DNA of 60,246 nucleotides, filler included, from Bonamia ostreae (Eukaryota): NCBI GenBank assembly GCA_040357525.1. It is 12 parts of 12 records of this genome, joined end to end, with 100 filler letters (N's around TTAATTAATTAA, not from the genome) between each part and the next. Parts side by side here need not be neighbours in the genome. Positions count along the whole stretch, not along the records: positions 30,356 to 35,274 come from JBDODL010000250.1; positions 35,375 to 40,285 come from JBDODL010000251.1; positions 40,386 to 45,290 come from JBDODL010000252.1; positions 45,391 to 50,289 come from JBDODL010000253.1; 8 more parts are not named here. One strand, 5' to 3'. Shown piece by piece: positions 34,348 to 46,836 of this stretch (position 1 is its first letter; each line of letters starts with the position of its first letter). The notes under the pieces were generated by a model. It saw only the letters and a program-made list of their open reading frames with translations, ran no database searches and was not told where the DNA came from. The position numbers and the translations under genes were made by a program.

Positions 34348-35631
34348 TATTTTAAAGCTTACAATTGTTTTTATTAGATTATTTCCATATGTTTTTATAT
34401 AATTTTAAGCTTGAAAAATTTTGTTCTAAAAAGTTTCGTAAAAAAATTTGTTCTAATTTTTTCTTCTTTTGGATAAAATGCAAAAATGACATGTCTTCTG
34501 TTGACATATCTTTTTAACAAAAGATGGAAATTGAAAAAGTTTGTCGACGGAAAATTTTTTTGTGTGTTAAAAAGTTTTGTTGCCGATTTATTGTTTTTTG
34601 GATTCAATATTTCTAATTTTCCTTTTGATCAAATTTTCGAGATCAAAATTAATTTTCTTGTAATTCTCAATTTTGTCGGCTATATTTTTTAATCTTATTT
34701 CATGTCGACTTTTTAATTTTTTAATAAAAACCGTCTCAAATGTTCCGATTCTTTGCGCAATAAATTTTGATGCTGTAATAAAAAAATTCTTTCGTCCGTT
34801 CGGAACCTTATTTTATTTTCGTATTTTAAAATCTCTTTTTGTCTTTTCATTTTAAATTGTCTTGAGGCTGATTTGAATCGGGCTCTATTTGACAAAAAAT
34901 GATTATTAATGATTTATAAATTTTGACTATTTTTGCAGAATCTAGTCCTTCTAAAAACTAAAATTTGTGGTTTTTCCAAAATTTAATTTTTTAAAATAAA
35001 CCTTCTTTCTTCAACAGACAAATTAGGTCTGTTCAACGGTACGAAATTTCTCTGATCAATATTATTATTGCTCGCAGACATATTTTGTTGTTACTTTTTT
35101 TACTATAAAATGAAATATTTGCATTTACGAGTAAAATCGAGATAGATTTTATTTTATTTTAAAAATTTTTTATATTTATTTATTTTTAATTCTAATAGAA
35201 ACAGAAATTTTTGTTTCTGTCGTATAAATTTGTATTTGAAAATATCGGACGATTAATTTGATAATTTGATAAGANNNNNNNNNNNNNNNNNNNNNNNNNN
35301 NNNNNNNNNNNNNNNNNNTTAATTAATTAANNNNNNNNNNNNNNNNNNNNNNNNNNNNNNNNNNNNNNNNNNNNTATTACTAGTAGACTCAGTCTTATTT
35401 ATTAACGAATGAATAAAGAATGGGATGTCAAACTTATTACAATTTAGCCATCCTTCTTAACAGAGGATATTTTGTGCACATTTGAACATAAAACTATGAT
35501 ACTTCCTCAATAGAGAAATATTGATAACATTTTGAGAAATTGGACTAAATGATCCGATGTTATTAGAAAACAACAGTATTCTTAATGAAAGATGCAAATT
35601 TGAAAAATTGTAAATCAACGCTCAAATCAAT

Positions 35632-36366
35632 TTAATCTTGTCTAGTCTTTAGGTCTTTCCGCACCAACGAATTTTTGGTCCTAAGTTAATTTGCTTTTCG
35701 AAACATTATGAAGGCCTCGGCGCCCCAACCCGATATAGGGTCCCTGTCTACCGCCGACAGCAAACACTGGGACACGACCTCAAACAATTCGTCTGCTGGC
35801 TATTCCGAGTGTTTGTTTAATGGAAACCAGATCGGGTCTGTACAGCGACTCGCACATCCCGTAAAGTTGGTCAGAACAAGTCCCGGCCACGACGAAGGGA
35901 ATGGTTTTCTCCTCGTGGCGAGATCCGATGCAGTCCATCGAATCCAAAAACGGGGCCCCGTCGTTGGATATCCCGGCGATGACCGGGCTCACGTACCACG
36001 GCCCGAAGCGCTTCTGATAAAGCAAACCACTTATAAGTCCGGAAAGCGTGTCGGGGCTCATGGTCACTCCTTGTCGGAGTTCATACAAACCGACATTATA
36101 ATCGGTTTCTTGTTTAACTGTTTGCACGTCGGTCTAAACGGAACAGTCAAATTTTAGTTTTTATGTTTAAACTGGAAGTCCTGAGAGAGCTAGAAGACAT
36201 TTTTCGTTGATTCGGAAAGTTTTGTGCATGGAAGAAGAGACGGCGAAATGTTCGATTCCGAATCTCTTGTCGGAGGCGATGACGACGCAGTCCTTTCCTC
36301 GCATTGCGACGACTCCTGTTCCGTTGTAGCTGTCGATTCTTAATAATGGTTATTTAAAAACGACAT
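35632..36366 (-). CDS. PSMB3: 20S proteasome subunit beta 3, 5 exons
   Basis: YNG.GVVAMRGKDCV.IASDKRFG, GLPTDVQT, LYQKRFGPWYV.PVIAG, LYGMCESL, VDRD..SGWGA, LKTRQD. Confidence 0.95.
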
Positions 36367-36468
36367 TAAGTTTTAGTCGGTTCGATTTATATTATATGGA
36401 ATGGAATTATTTAATGTCCCCATCTGAAATTGGAAGATGGCGCATAATTTATATAAGCCAAAAATGCG

Positions 36469-36750
36469 TTAACAATTTACAATCCGCAAAATATTCTTAA
36501 AAAAAGTCTTGATTCTCCATAAAAATCCCCCTTTCAACACTTTTAAAAAATCTGTGCCGCTGCCATCTCCATATTTCTGTTCATATATTAAAGCTCTTTC
36601 TAAATCCAAAACGCTAAAATTATCCTTTGTTCTCGCAGGGACGAATTCGAGGCTCTTTGATTTATTGTAATACAAATTTTCCAAATAAAATGGTTCGTGT
36701 TTATTAGTTCGATCGCTCCGTCTAGCGCATAAATCAAGTTCTTCCTCCAT
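36469..36750 (-). CDS. Hypothetical 93-aa protein
   Basis: ATG ORF with protein-like composition; no family recognised. Confidence 0.4.
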   Translation of the reverse strand: MEEELDLCARRSDRTNKHEPFYLENLYYNKSKSLEFVPARTKDNFSVLDLERALIYEQKYGDGSGTDFLKVLKGGFLWRIKTFFKNILRIVNC

Positions 36751-38759
36751 TTTTACTTAAAACTCTTCTATACAATGTCTGCTCTATAATACCACAATTT
36801 TTGCTCATGTTATTTTGTACCACAAAAAGCATTAAAATATGAGGTACCACAATTTTTATGTAATCGAAACATGTTTTATCGTGTTTGATAAATTTATTAA
36901 TTCTGGTAATTTTTAAATTCGTACCATATCTTCTCCTTTTTACGTTTCAATGATAGTTTCAGACTCATCGTTATATTTATTTTTGTTTCTTTATCTGTGC
37001 TGCTTCGTTTTCAAAGACAAAATTAATTTTTATCTGCATCTTTGTCCTGCATATTTACCGGTTTGGATTTTATCTATTAGAAGACAAAATTAATTTAAAC
37101 AAAGTGATTTCTTGAAATTTTACATTTTACTAACTTTTCGATAACGCTTTTTGAAAGTTGTTGGCAGCTACTTCTTTTTTACAGTTGTTAAATATTATGA
37201 TTCGTAGAGTTCATATTGAACAATGAACATTTTAAAAAGAATTTTTTTAAATATGTAAAAATACCGCCGTTTTTGTGTAAATGAAGATGAAGGATTATAA
37301 TCCATGCAATCCAAAATATGAATAAAATTCAATGAATAAAATTTATTTGGCGCATGCAAACTGGATAACTTAAAAGCTACAAAATAAAATAGCAAAAAAT
37401 GGACTCTGAAGCTAAATATGTTATCAAATATCAACTATTTCACTGTTATATAAACATATTTTCAAGATTCGCCAAACTTCGTCGACTTGGCTGACCTCAA
37501 GACAGTCTTCTTTTTAAAAATCTTTTTGATCTGTCAACTCTGTTTATTTGTTTTGTTGCTAGTTTTTATGGCCGTCTTCAATAGTTTTTTGATGTGATAT
37601 TAATGTAAAAGTTTCATCAAAGTTTTATTGATTTTAATATGAACAAAAAACCGTCTCCTTTAAAAGCCGTTTTATATTTAATTCAAAGCTGATTATTCGG
37701 ATGGTTTTATTAATGTTGTTATCATCATAACTAGTCATGGTGATAAAAAGTTTTTACTTTTTTTTTAATTTGCTTAAAATTTTATTATTTGAATAAAGGA
37801 ATAAAGACCAAACCGCCATTAAAAATCCACAACGTCTTTGAAAACAGTTTTTATATTACAAATAAAAGTCTTCAAACCGCCGAAGAGTTTATTTATATAT
37901 TTTTAAGTAATGATAGATACAAGTTTAATGAATTAATATTCATAAAGAATACTTCGATACTGATATAAAATTGGCTTCAATAAGTTTTATTCAGTAAACT
38001 TACTTTTAGTATTCCCAACTCTTTTAGAAATTACAAAAGAAAAACGGTTTAAAATTGGTTTTGCTCAACAATTTTTTTTAAATTTAAGATTTTCCCAAAC
38101 AAATGTCGTTTTCATTTGATCTTTCTTACCTATATCCGATAAGTTTATTTTTTTATTGAAACCAAAAATCGATGTACATGTTAACTAAGCACAATGTTGA
38201 CGCAATAAAATTAAAAATATAAAATTTTCAGAGCTCCCAAAAATTCCCGTTGTAACGAGGCAAATCATCGAAAACAATCATATTTACATTCCCCCACAAT
38301 TCATTGTATCTTCAAAACTTTTCTCGGTAACCGAAATACAAAAAAGCGTCGTTTTCTTCCCTTTAAAAAGTTCTTATTTAAATTATTACAAAAGTGGATT
38401 TTTCAGTGACTAAAACGCAAATACGCACAATAAGTTTTCATTTTTTAAAAAAAGTTTTTCCTAAATCAAGTTTTTGCTGATTAATTAAGTTTCTGTAAGA
38501 ATGAAAAAGTACCAGCTTAGACAGAAAGGGCATAATATATGTTTGTTTTTCATATGATTAAAGTGCTCCCATCTTCTCGTAAGATTTTAATTAATTCTAG
38601 TTGATGTGAAACAAGGTTTTTAATAAAGAAGTTTTCTTATATTTTAGAGCAGGATTTCTATAGCCAGAGAATGACAAGTTTTTTTTTGAAATCAAAACCA
38701 AAATTATTTACAAAGTACTTTATCCTCCGGGAGACAGAGACACATTTGGATACACCAGA

Positions 38760-39756
38760 ATGGCCACAACCATGCCATTTAACAAACGACAAATATCTGT
38801 TTCCTATTCAGATCCTTTAAAATTTTACGTCTGTTCTGCTTACAGCAATAATTATAATTCCAATCAAATCACTGGTCCTTTCGAAATCATTGCGACCGGC
38901 GACAACAATGAGACCGCTTCTGTTTCTTATACTGTAGATCCAAAAGACAAGGGACTTTTTTTGAGTGTACCAGATTGGTCATATCCAACCTTCACACTGC
39001 AGTTCGCAGTTAAAAACGAAAGTCCTTTTGGGACCATTTTATACCGTCGAGACAGCCGTTTTTCTATAAACAATTTGACATTTTGCAAATTATTCTGAAA
39101 AAGTGACTGCGAGCCAAATCGTGTTGAAAAAGAGCGAATTCATCCGCATAAAATTAATAGAAAACAAGAGTAACAAAGAATTGAAGACGTATGTCGTCGG
39201 CGCAAACTTGGTCGACATTTTTGACCGTAACGTCTTTCTGCCAAAGAATACTGCATCGAATTCAATCTTCTATTCTTATCATGGAACCTTCAGCACGCAA
39301 GCAGAAATATCACAAGACAACATTATCACTTTTAAGCTGAATAAGACGAAAGCTATCATTGCTCTCAAAAATATTTATAGAACAAACGATTTTGCGCGCA
39401 TGAACATTTATTCGTCGCAATACAAAGTTTTCGGGAAAGCGAAGCGAGAAAGTGACAAAATTGTTATAAAGATGGTCATTTTGAACGCCTCTAACATGTT
39501 GCCACCGGATAATGCATTCAAAGAGAAATTCAAGTTAATAGATAAGCGCACTGGGAATCCAATTCGATCTGAGGCGATTGAAGTCGCACTTGGAAAGAAT
39601 TCGAACAAGCCGAAGTTTTTCAGGTTTGAACTTCCCGGGAACAATCTAAAGACGAAGCCAGTGGCGGTGTTGTTTAATCCCGGTAAAGCTGTAATGCTCT
39701 TAAATTTGCCTGTGAACTCGGAAGTTGTTAAAAAATACTTCACAGTTCCAAAATGA
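38760..39756 (+). CDS. Hypothetical beta-rich protein; intron 39058-39103; further upstream exons likely from about 38103
   Basis: Two ORFs joined in frame by a GTTTTT..AAAAAG intron. Confidence 0.55.
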
Positions 39757-40125
39757 ACGATCGATAAATAAATATAAAAAATTTTCAAGTCATTTTAATA
39801 AGTTCTTCAAAGGAGCATAGCAATATAAAAATAATCTTGCGATTGGGATCCCTGGTACAGAAAAACTAAAGATGAATTGGGATTATTATTATGAAATTAA
39901 TCCTTTTAAATTTAAAGTAATTGCGGTTACGCTAATTTATAGTCGACAAAGATTTAAATCTTTCCACGATGTTTCGTTTTTGAAGATATGTCGTTTTTTA
40001 TTGTGCATTTAAGTGAATAATAGCGTCATTAACATATTTGAATGTTACAACGTTCAAAAAATTGGATTGTTGGCCTGGTATTATAAAAACTTGATTTGAT
40101 AGTTACAATATACAAGAACAAAAGA

Positions 40126-40285
40126 ATGTTTATAAAATTCACTTCTTTGTTCATACTTGTGCAATCTTGTGAACACCCAAATAAAAACATTTTCACCTCT
40201 ACAGCCCTCGAACAATTCCCAAATGCACCTTTCATCAAAATAGGTTGCGTCGATAGAAACAAGGAAGTGACTTTGAACGGAAAAG
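40126..40285 (+). CDS. Putative secreted protein, N-terminus only
   Basis: MFIKFTSLFILVQSC signal-like start; open to contig end. Confidence 0.4.
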
Positions 40286-40385
40286 NNNNNNNNNNNNNNN
40301 NNNNNNNNNNNNNNNNNNNNNNNNNNNNNTTAATTAATTAANNNNNNNNNNNNNNNNNNNNNNNNNNNNNNNNNNNNNNNNNNNN

Positions 40386-41194
40386 TCTTTCGTTTTTAAT
40401 AGAAATAATAACTGGCACAACAACTGAAACGGAGAAAACCGTGGGCCCAAAAATAATGGACAGAAAGGCACTTAAAGGGTAAACAAAATTGAATGATTGC
40501 GTGATGAACACCAAGAAAAGAGGCACGTAGACATAAAAACAGACGGCTATCAAAGTAAACTCCCGCCGCAAATAAATCGTATCTTTGACGCCACCTGTTA
40601 ATTAGCACAAAAACGAATCATTATGACGCCGACTCCGTACAATAACAGAAACAATGAAATAAAAGTGAACAGAAAAATTTCGAAAGGGACGGCATTTGTG
40701 TTTTTAACAGAGACAAACAGCACATCTTTTCTCCACAACGTCAACGCGGCGACTGGGCTGAAAAAGATAATCAAAAAGAGGACGAACGCAAAAATGTTCC
40801 AGAAGGGCGTTTTAAGTGCGTTGGCTACCTTGTTTATCCATGTGACGTCCATCTGATCAATCCGTCCCTGGTTTTTCTGTGCGATCAAGAAATCGAGCAG
40901 CCGAATCAAATAAACCGCTGAAATGCTCATCCACAAAAACAGTTCGACAAAAATGATCCAAAACGCGAACAAATGTTTGCTGAAAAACGACCATTCCACG
41001 ATAACGGAGACCGAAAACAAAAAGGATAGTAGAGACAAAAATAACAGAGACCTGAAATCTCTGCTTTTTAGTGGTTGGAAATACCGTCTTTCTTTGACTA
41101 AAATGCCGAAAGGAAGATAGAACAAGATTATAACGAAGAAGAAAACGACTAGCGCCAGGTTCAAAGGGAATCCTTTTCCGTTGTATATGGCCAT
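40386..41194 (-). CDS. Seven-TM receptor-like protein (protist 7TM-RGS type N-terminal region), 3'-truncated
   Basis: About 7 hydrophobic helices; RRYFQPLKSR after TM1; spliced GVKDTIYLRREF before TM6 (20-nt intron). Confidence 0.6.
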
Positions 41195-41308
41195 GGTTAA
41201 TTTTTTGCTTGGCAATTTATTCTCTTTTCACAACAAAATGGACTATTTTCTGAGAAATCCTTATTAGCTTCTTCGTTTTAATTCCACTTTTCTGCGCTTT
41301 TTAAATTG

Positions 41309-42263
41309 CTATTTTAATTGCACTTTTTCGCGTTTTAAATTAGCACTATAAGAGCCTCGGAGGGCTAATGTGCGCATCAATAAGCAAAAATTTGCTAGCT
41401 CAGGTTTAGCAAATTCAAAAATGCAAAAATTCCGAGCAGTGCACAAAACCTGCATTTTCAACAAAAAATTTGAATTTGTGGGCAGCTTTCTTGCATTGCA
41501 GTTTGAATGCAGCGACCATTATCTTTATTTTAGTTTTTGAATTTTTGAAAACTGATGTTGCCAATATCTCTTTGTTTGTTTCCTTCAACTATTTGCACGA
41601 AACATCAGACATTCGATTTAAAAAACCTTGAAACGTTCCATCAACATCAGACTGTACATCTCGCAGCACGAAGAAAAAATGATGTCCCTTTCCGGAGGCT
41701 CGAATACATATTCTACATACATCTTCTATTTAATGTGGCAAACTTGTAACTGCTTAACGCAAGTGCTGCTTCTTTTATGTACAAAAAATAACCTTCTGTC
41801 AACTACAAAATGAAGATATTTAAGTACCCTAACTTCGTTTTTTAAGAGCAATTTTATATTCAAATTGTACTTTCTAGCCATTTCTTTAATGTGGACTGCT
41901 TTGTATTGTGTTTCAAAGTACTTGGAGGACAGAACAACGCAATTTAATAAATCCATCAAACTCAATTCCGCTGTAAGTTTAGCCAATTCTCGACACATTT
42001 CAACAGAATTTATTGCGGTCAGATAATTTTGCCCCGATCCCTTTAATTTGAAGAATTGGCCATTTATCCAAATTATAAAGTTTGGCTCCAGTAGAATTGG
42101 TCATTTTATTATAAACACTTTGATGCAAAGACAGAAAACAAATTCGATGACGTAATTTGGAACCGATTCAGAATTGCCTTTGTTTAGTTTTTCGTACATG
42201 TTGACGATCCCTTTTCTATAAAAATTAGTTTTTGTACCTTATTCTTCTTAAAGATATCATCAT
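41309..42263 (-). CDS. Cyclin-fold protein, multi-exon
   Basis: CVVLSSKYFE...LLKNEVRVLKYLHFVV cyclin-box pattern; later ILATS/IMVAAF helix; exon boundaries tentative. Confidence 0.55.
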
Positions 42264-42520
42264 TCGTTTAAATTTTTTGGATTGATTTAAGCCAAAATCG
42301 TTTTAAGAAATGTTTCATAATCGAGTTTCCATTTCATCCTTTGAGGCCATGTCGCATTTATCCGCTAGAAAATAAAATTGCTGCAATAGAAGCGAGAAAT
42401 TAAAAATTTTATTTTACCAGAACAAAATTTGAAGATTATTCAAGTGCGCAGATAAAAAATTCTAATTCGAGCAGCAATCGATAAAAAACTTTATAACAAA
42501 GGTCTAACTAATTTGCAAGA

Positions 42521-43485
42521 ATGCCAGAAACAGGATTTTTTAGTATAGAGAAAGAAGAAATTTACAGAAACAATCCTGTTCTTCTACAAATACGAAAAGC
42601 GGAAATTATGAACAAACAGAAAATTCCTAATATACTCAAATTTCTAAACAAAAATCTCCCTCTTTGTTTCGCCGGTCATTACAAAAGAATTTTTGCCAGC
42701 GCCGAAAAAAGGATTTTCATTCTTCTTTGTTCGCTAGAAACAAAACTGGACGACCAAATTTTGGCAAAATTGAAAGAATTCGAGGTAAATCTGGAGACTT
42801 CCGCCATTATCGTTTTTAATCCATTTCTCGTTTAGAAAATCCCAACTCGCCCTCTTTCACTTAAAGAGTTCAATCTGTGGTCGAAACGGTTTTGGCCGAT
42901 CAAATTGACACCAAACGACTTTCCGAAAACAAACGATTTTGACGAAAACCGTTTATTTTGAAATACTTAAAGAACTCGATTTTGCAAGAATCTGCATGAG
43001 AAAAGCGCTAGATTTTGCAGAATCGAGCTCGAAGAATAGAGAAAGCACCAAAATTTTTAACGTCGGGACCGTCATAGCTAACATTAAAAACAAACAAATA
43101 TTATGTATTGAAACCGATCAGCGCGAAAAAGGTATTAACTCAAATTAGTAAAAAGACGGTATCCTTGGACATTCCGTGATGCGAGCGATCAACAAAAAAT
43201 CTCAAGATTGTAAAGGAAATGGCTATATTTGCTCTAATTTGGACTTAATCACGACTATGGAACCATGTCTCATGTTTTTAGCCTTTAACGCAAAGGTGTG
43301 GAATGGCCATTGTTCATTCAAGATTTAGAGCAGTGTATTTTGGGAAAAGAGAAGATGAAGGATATAAGACAGAAAAGTTTAAAGTCGAGAGCAACGCGTT
43401 TAGTGATAAAAAATTGCATCTCGACAACAGATTGAACCATCGTTTGAGAGTTTATGGAATTCATTTGACAAATGGCAAATTTTAA
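42521..43485 (+). CDS. ADAT3: tRNA adenosine-34 deaminase non-catalytic subunit ADAT3/Tad3, 5 exons
   Basis: GHYKRI, WSKRFWP, LGHSVMRAI (V in place of catalytic E), YIC, EPCLMCGMAIVHSRF, LNHRLRVY. Confidence 0.9.
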
Positions 43486-43576
43486 CAATTTTAAAAAATG
43501 AGCAAATTTAACAATTTTAAAAAAAAAATGAGCAAATTTAACAATTTTAAAAAAATGAGCAAATTTAACAATTTTA
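43475..43576. repeat. Four copies of a 27-31-bp unit (GCAAATTTAACAATTTTAAAAAATGA) between two convergent stop codons
   Basis: Directly visible; the first copy contains the ADAT3 stop codon. Confidence 0.9.
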
Positions 43577-43578
43577 GT

Positions 43579-44119
43579 TTAGTAAATTGAGTCGTCTAGT
43601 TCTCCCATGTTTTCTGCCATTTCATCGCAAAATAACCTAAAATTTTGCAGTTTTTTGTCATTTGTTTCCATTTTTTCCGATTTTTCGATAATTTTGGTCT
43701 CTTCCGCTTTTTCAACGACGAAAGAAAAATCTGTCGTCGTCAAAAGGGGATTTTTTGCTATTTTTTCTTCGATTTCTTTTGATTTTTTGTTGGCCTCGAT
43801 TAACTTTGTTTCCAAATTATCCAAATATTTTTTGGATTTGGTCATTTGTGGTTTTTCGTCAGCGACTTTTCTTTTTTCCGGTTTCGCTTTGCAGAGCCGA
43901 AACGCCTTATATAAATTTATTGTTACATGGTCGATCCAGAGTTTTTTGTCGTGATTAGATATGGCTTCTAATACTTTTCTAGAGTTGGCGTCTTTCGACT
44001 TTTGTACTTCAAAGCGCTGAAATTTTATCGATTTTATAAACTTGTTCCGCGATTGATTTTATAATTTCGCGTGCGAGTTTGATGTTCAGGTTGCTCAAAT
44101 TGTCCAGTTCTTTTACCAT
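43579..44119 (-). CDS. Hypothetical coiled-coil protein, probably 2 exons
   Basis: ORF segments 44009-44119 and 43579 to about 44000, separated by a GTTT..AAG intron-like spacer. Confidence 0.5.
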
Positions 44120-44468
44120 TTTATGTGTTTTGATATAGTAAATTTCGGACTTTGTATATTTGTTTTTGTTATAAACGTTGTTGAACATCCGATGAAATTG
44201 CGTTTTGTTCAAATTGCCCATTTATTTTTGGAAAAATCACCAAAATTTTGAATTCTTAATATTATTAAAAATGGGTATTTTGGGCGAAACCTCAAAATAT
44301 TTGAAATTGGATTCAAAAATTTTGAAATATCTGTTCAAATCGCAATCAACTTAAAAACTTGTAGAAAATTATAAATACGAAAAAATCGCAAACATCAAAA
44401 ATTTAAGCTATAACAATTTCAAATATATCAAAAAATTGTAAATTTTAAAGCTCAAAATCTAAATTTTA

Positions 44469-45060
44469 ATGAAAGTCCAAAATTTGGTTCAATGTATTGG
44501 ACTATTTTCGACATCGGAAGACGAGTCTAAGCCGAACCTTGAAGCTTTGGTACCAAAAGGCTTTTTCGACGACTGCGAAAAGGAAAAGCTCGCTTTAGCA
44601 AAAGTTTTTGCAGAAGACCAATTCTCAAACAAAAAGAGCATCGCTTTTGACAACGACTTTGTTGTCTGCGAACCCGATCTCCCCAAAACAAACCACTTTA
44701 GCTTCCAAAGCCGAACAGGAAAAACTTTCTTCGGAACCTCGCTTCGGTTTCATGAGACTTCGCTCCGAGGAGATGTTTGCTCTCTAATCCAAAGAACTAT
44801 CTCTGCCGCTTTTTGTTCGTGATGACAACCACGAACCAATTCTACTTTTCGGAGATGCTCTCGAAACTAGTTTTTTTGTCCTGTGTCGTCGACCGGCTCC
44901 CGGAACCTTTGCTGTTCGAACATTTGTTCGTTTCGTTGCCAAGAACGTCTCCTTCGCAGAGCCAAATCGTACTTTCCATCTTTAATTAAAGATGAATCTC
45001 AAGTTCTTTAAAAAGTGTCCGCCGGTTCCGTTGCTTTCGCCTTGTTCTCTAAGTCCGCCC
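44469..45060 (+). CDS. DENN-like (uDENN) domain protein N-terminus, 3'-truncated
   Basis: HFSFQSRTGKTFFGTSLRFHE then LFVMTT..FYF..L..L...LF.SLP, matching uDENN/cDENN order. Confidence 0.55.
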
Positions 45061-45439
45061 GTTTTCAATCCTTCTTTTGTTCAGTTTTTTGATATTGCGA
45101 TTTTGATATAATTTTTATAATGATAATTAGTTATTATATTTTGATGAATTCACTTTATTTATTTTTAGTGTCAATTCATTTTAGTTAATAATTTTTATAT
45201 ATTTTTGGTTGTTTATATAAGAGTGAAGTTTTATTTCTTCGATATTCTTTATATTTTTCCTTTATATTTTATAAATTGTCTATTATAGATNNNNNNNNNN
45301 NNNNNNNNNNNNNNNNNNNNNNNNNNNNNNNNNNTTAATTAATTAANNNNNNNNNNNNNNNNNNNNNNNNNNNNNNNNNNNNNNNNNNNNAATTTGACAT
45401 CAAAATTGTTAAAACTGACAAAAAATAATGTGAAAATAG

Positions 45440-46773
45440 CAAAATATTGTCGGAAATACTGTCAACGGACAAAAAGCGAGAGCAAATCGTCGAATCTGTG
45501 CAACTTTTGTTAAGAAAAGCGAAAAGATCCATCGATGACGGAACTGCAAACGTGATAGATTTCAAAATTTCCAAATCGCTATCTAAAAATCCTTCGGAAT
45601 ATAAAGACGCTGACATTCTGCCGCACGTTCTCGTCGCTCTTTCTCTCATCAAACAAGTTGCTATTCGATGCAAAATCTCATTAAAATTTTTCGATTTTAG
45701 TCCGCTACATTAAAATTTATCAAACAAGCCATTGAAATTTGGCTCATTCGGATAAAAAAATCAGGGTAAAAGAATAACGGCAGGCAATCACATAAGCTAC
45801 TACATTATCAAAAATCCGAAAAACCGAGATTCGAATTTAGGTAAAGTTCAAAGCACACCAAAACGCGCTTCGATTGCAAAAAACGCCGTTTCGAGCGATG
45901 AAAAAGTTTCGATCACAAACGCCAAAAACACCGGACAGCAATTGTTGCTCGACACCGATTGGTACGTCGCGCACCAAATACTTCCTCTGGTCGCCAGACT
46001 GTGCGTGCCCATTCCGGAGTTGCCGATCGGTTTGATCGCAGACTGTCTCGGGACCAGATCGAAAAACTTCTCAAACCTCGACAAAACCGAGAAAGGCGCT
46101 CTAAATTCGAATAAGTCGGAAAACGCGCAAAACTTTGGACGAGAAACGTGGCGATTCGACCCCTTTTCAGACGGAATCAAGTTGACCAACTTGCTCTGCC
46201 ACTGCGGAACTGACTACGGGGAGATCAAAGATTTGTTCGACGGAGACGGAAATTTCGCAATAGCGTGCAAAGACAGTAAATGCCCGAACTTCGGCAACTT
46301 GTTGTCAGACGAAAAAAGTCTGTCAAAGTTTCTGAACTCAGTCGACTTGGCGGTGCGCGAAAAAACTAAGAGCGTTGTGCGAAAACGGTTTTTGTGTGAT
46401 TCGAGATTTTGCAATAGCGAAACGACCGGGAATAGAATGTTCGGTGAGAAAAATTGTGTATGCGGCGACGGCGATGTTGGTGCTGAAAATGTTTTGGCTT
46501 CGTCAATAAACTCAAAAATAAAATTTTTAGAACGAAGAAACAGTTTTAGCGTTTCTCCTAAGGCTGCGAACAACATTCAGTCTGAACGCGGCAATCAGAA
46601 GAGCCGCGGATAAAACAAATAAAAGTCCGGAAAAACTAAAAAAATCAATATCGGAAAAAACAAGAAAGGGATTGGAAAGAATTTGCGATTTTGTAAAAGG
46701 AAAATTGGAAGAGAACAAAAGTTACTTTGTGGATATAGGCGCAGTTTTTGCGAATTTTTGTATTGGCGATTAA
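45440..46773 (+). CDS. POLA1: DNA polymerase alpha catalytic subunit C-terminus with zinc finger, 5'-truncated
   Basis: KSLSKNPSEY.D...LPHVLVAL, GNHISYYI, DTDWYVAHQILP.VARLC.PI, IADCLG, Cys clusters, terminal FVDIGAVF. Confidence 0.92.
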
Positions 46774-46836
46774 ATGGGAATTTTTGTGTCAATTTTAAAA
46801 TTCAAAGCTAAAATATAATTATTTGTCGACTGTCAT

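Noticed and set aside
34395-35274. Short ORFs in AT-rich stretches (also 3850-4590, 36800-38100)
   Set aside because: Low-complexity F/K/N/I-rich translations with no motif or consistent exon chain
41345-41520. snRNA-like region (hairpins, AATTTGTGG resembling the U1 Sm site)
   Set aside because: No ACTTACCTG-like 5' end or U1 stem layout; better explained as terminal exons of the minus-strand cyclin-fold gene
10154-46773. Apparent co-occurrence of POLE with POLA1, two cyclophilins and two DEAH helicases
   Set aside because: POLE/POLA1 and the cyclophilins are on different contigs; the two helicases share a contig but belong to different subfamilies and show no sign of a cluster
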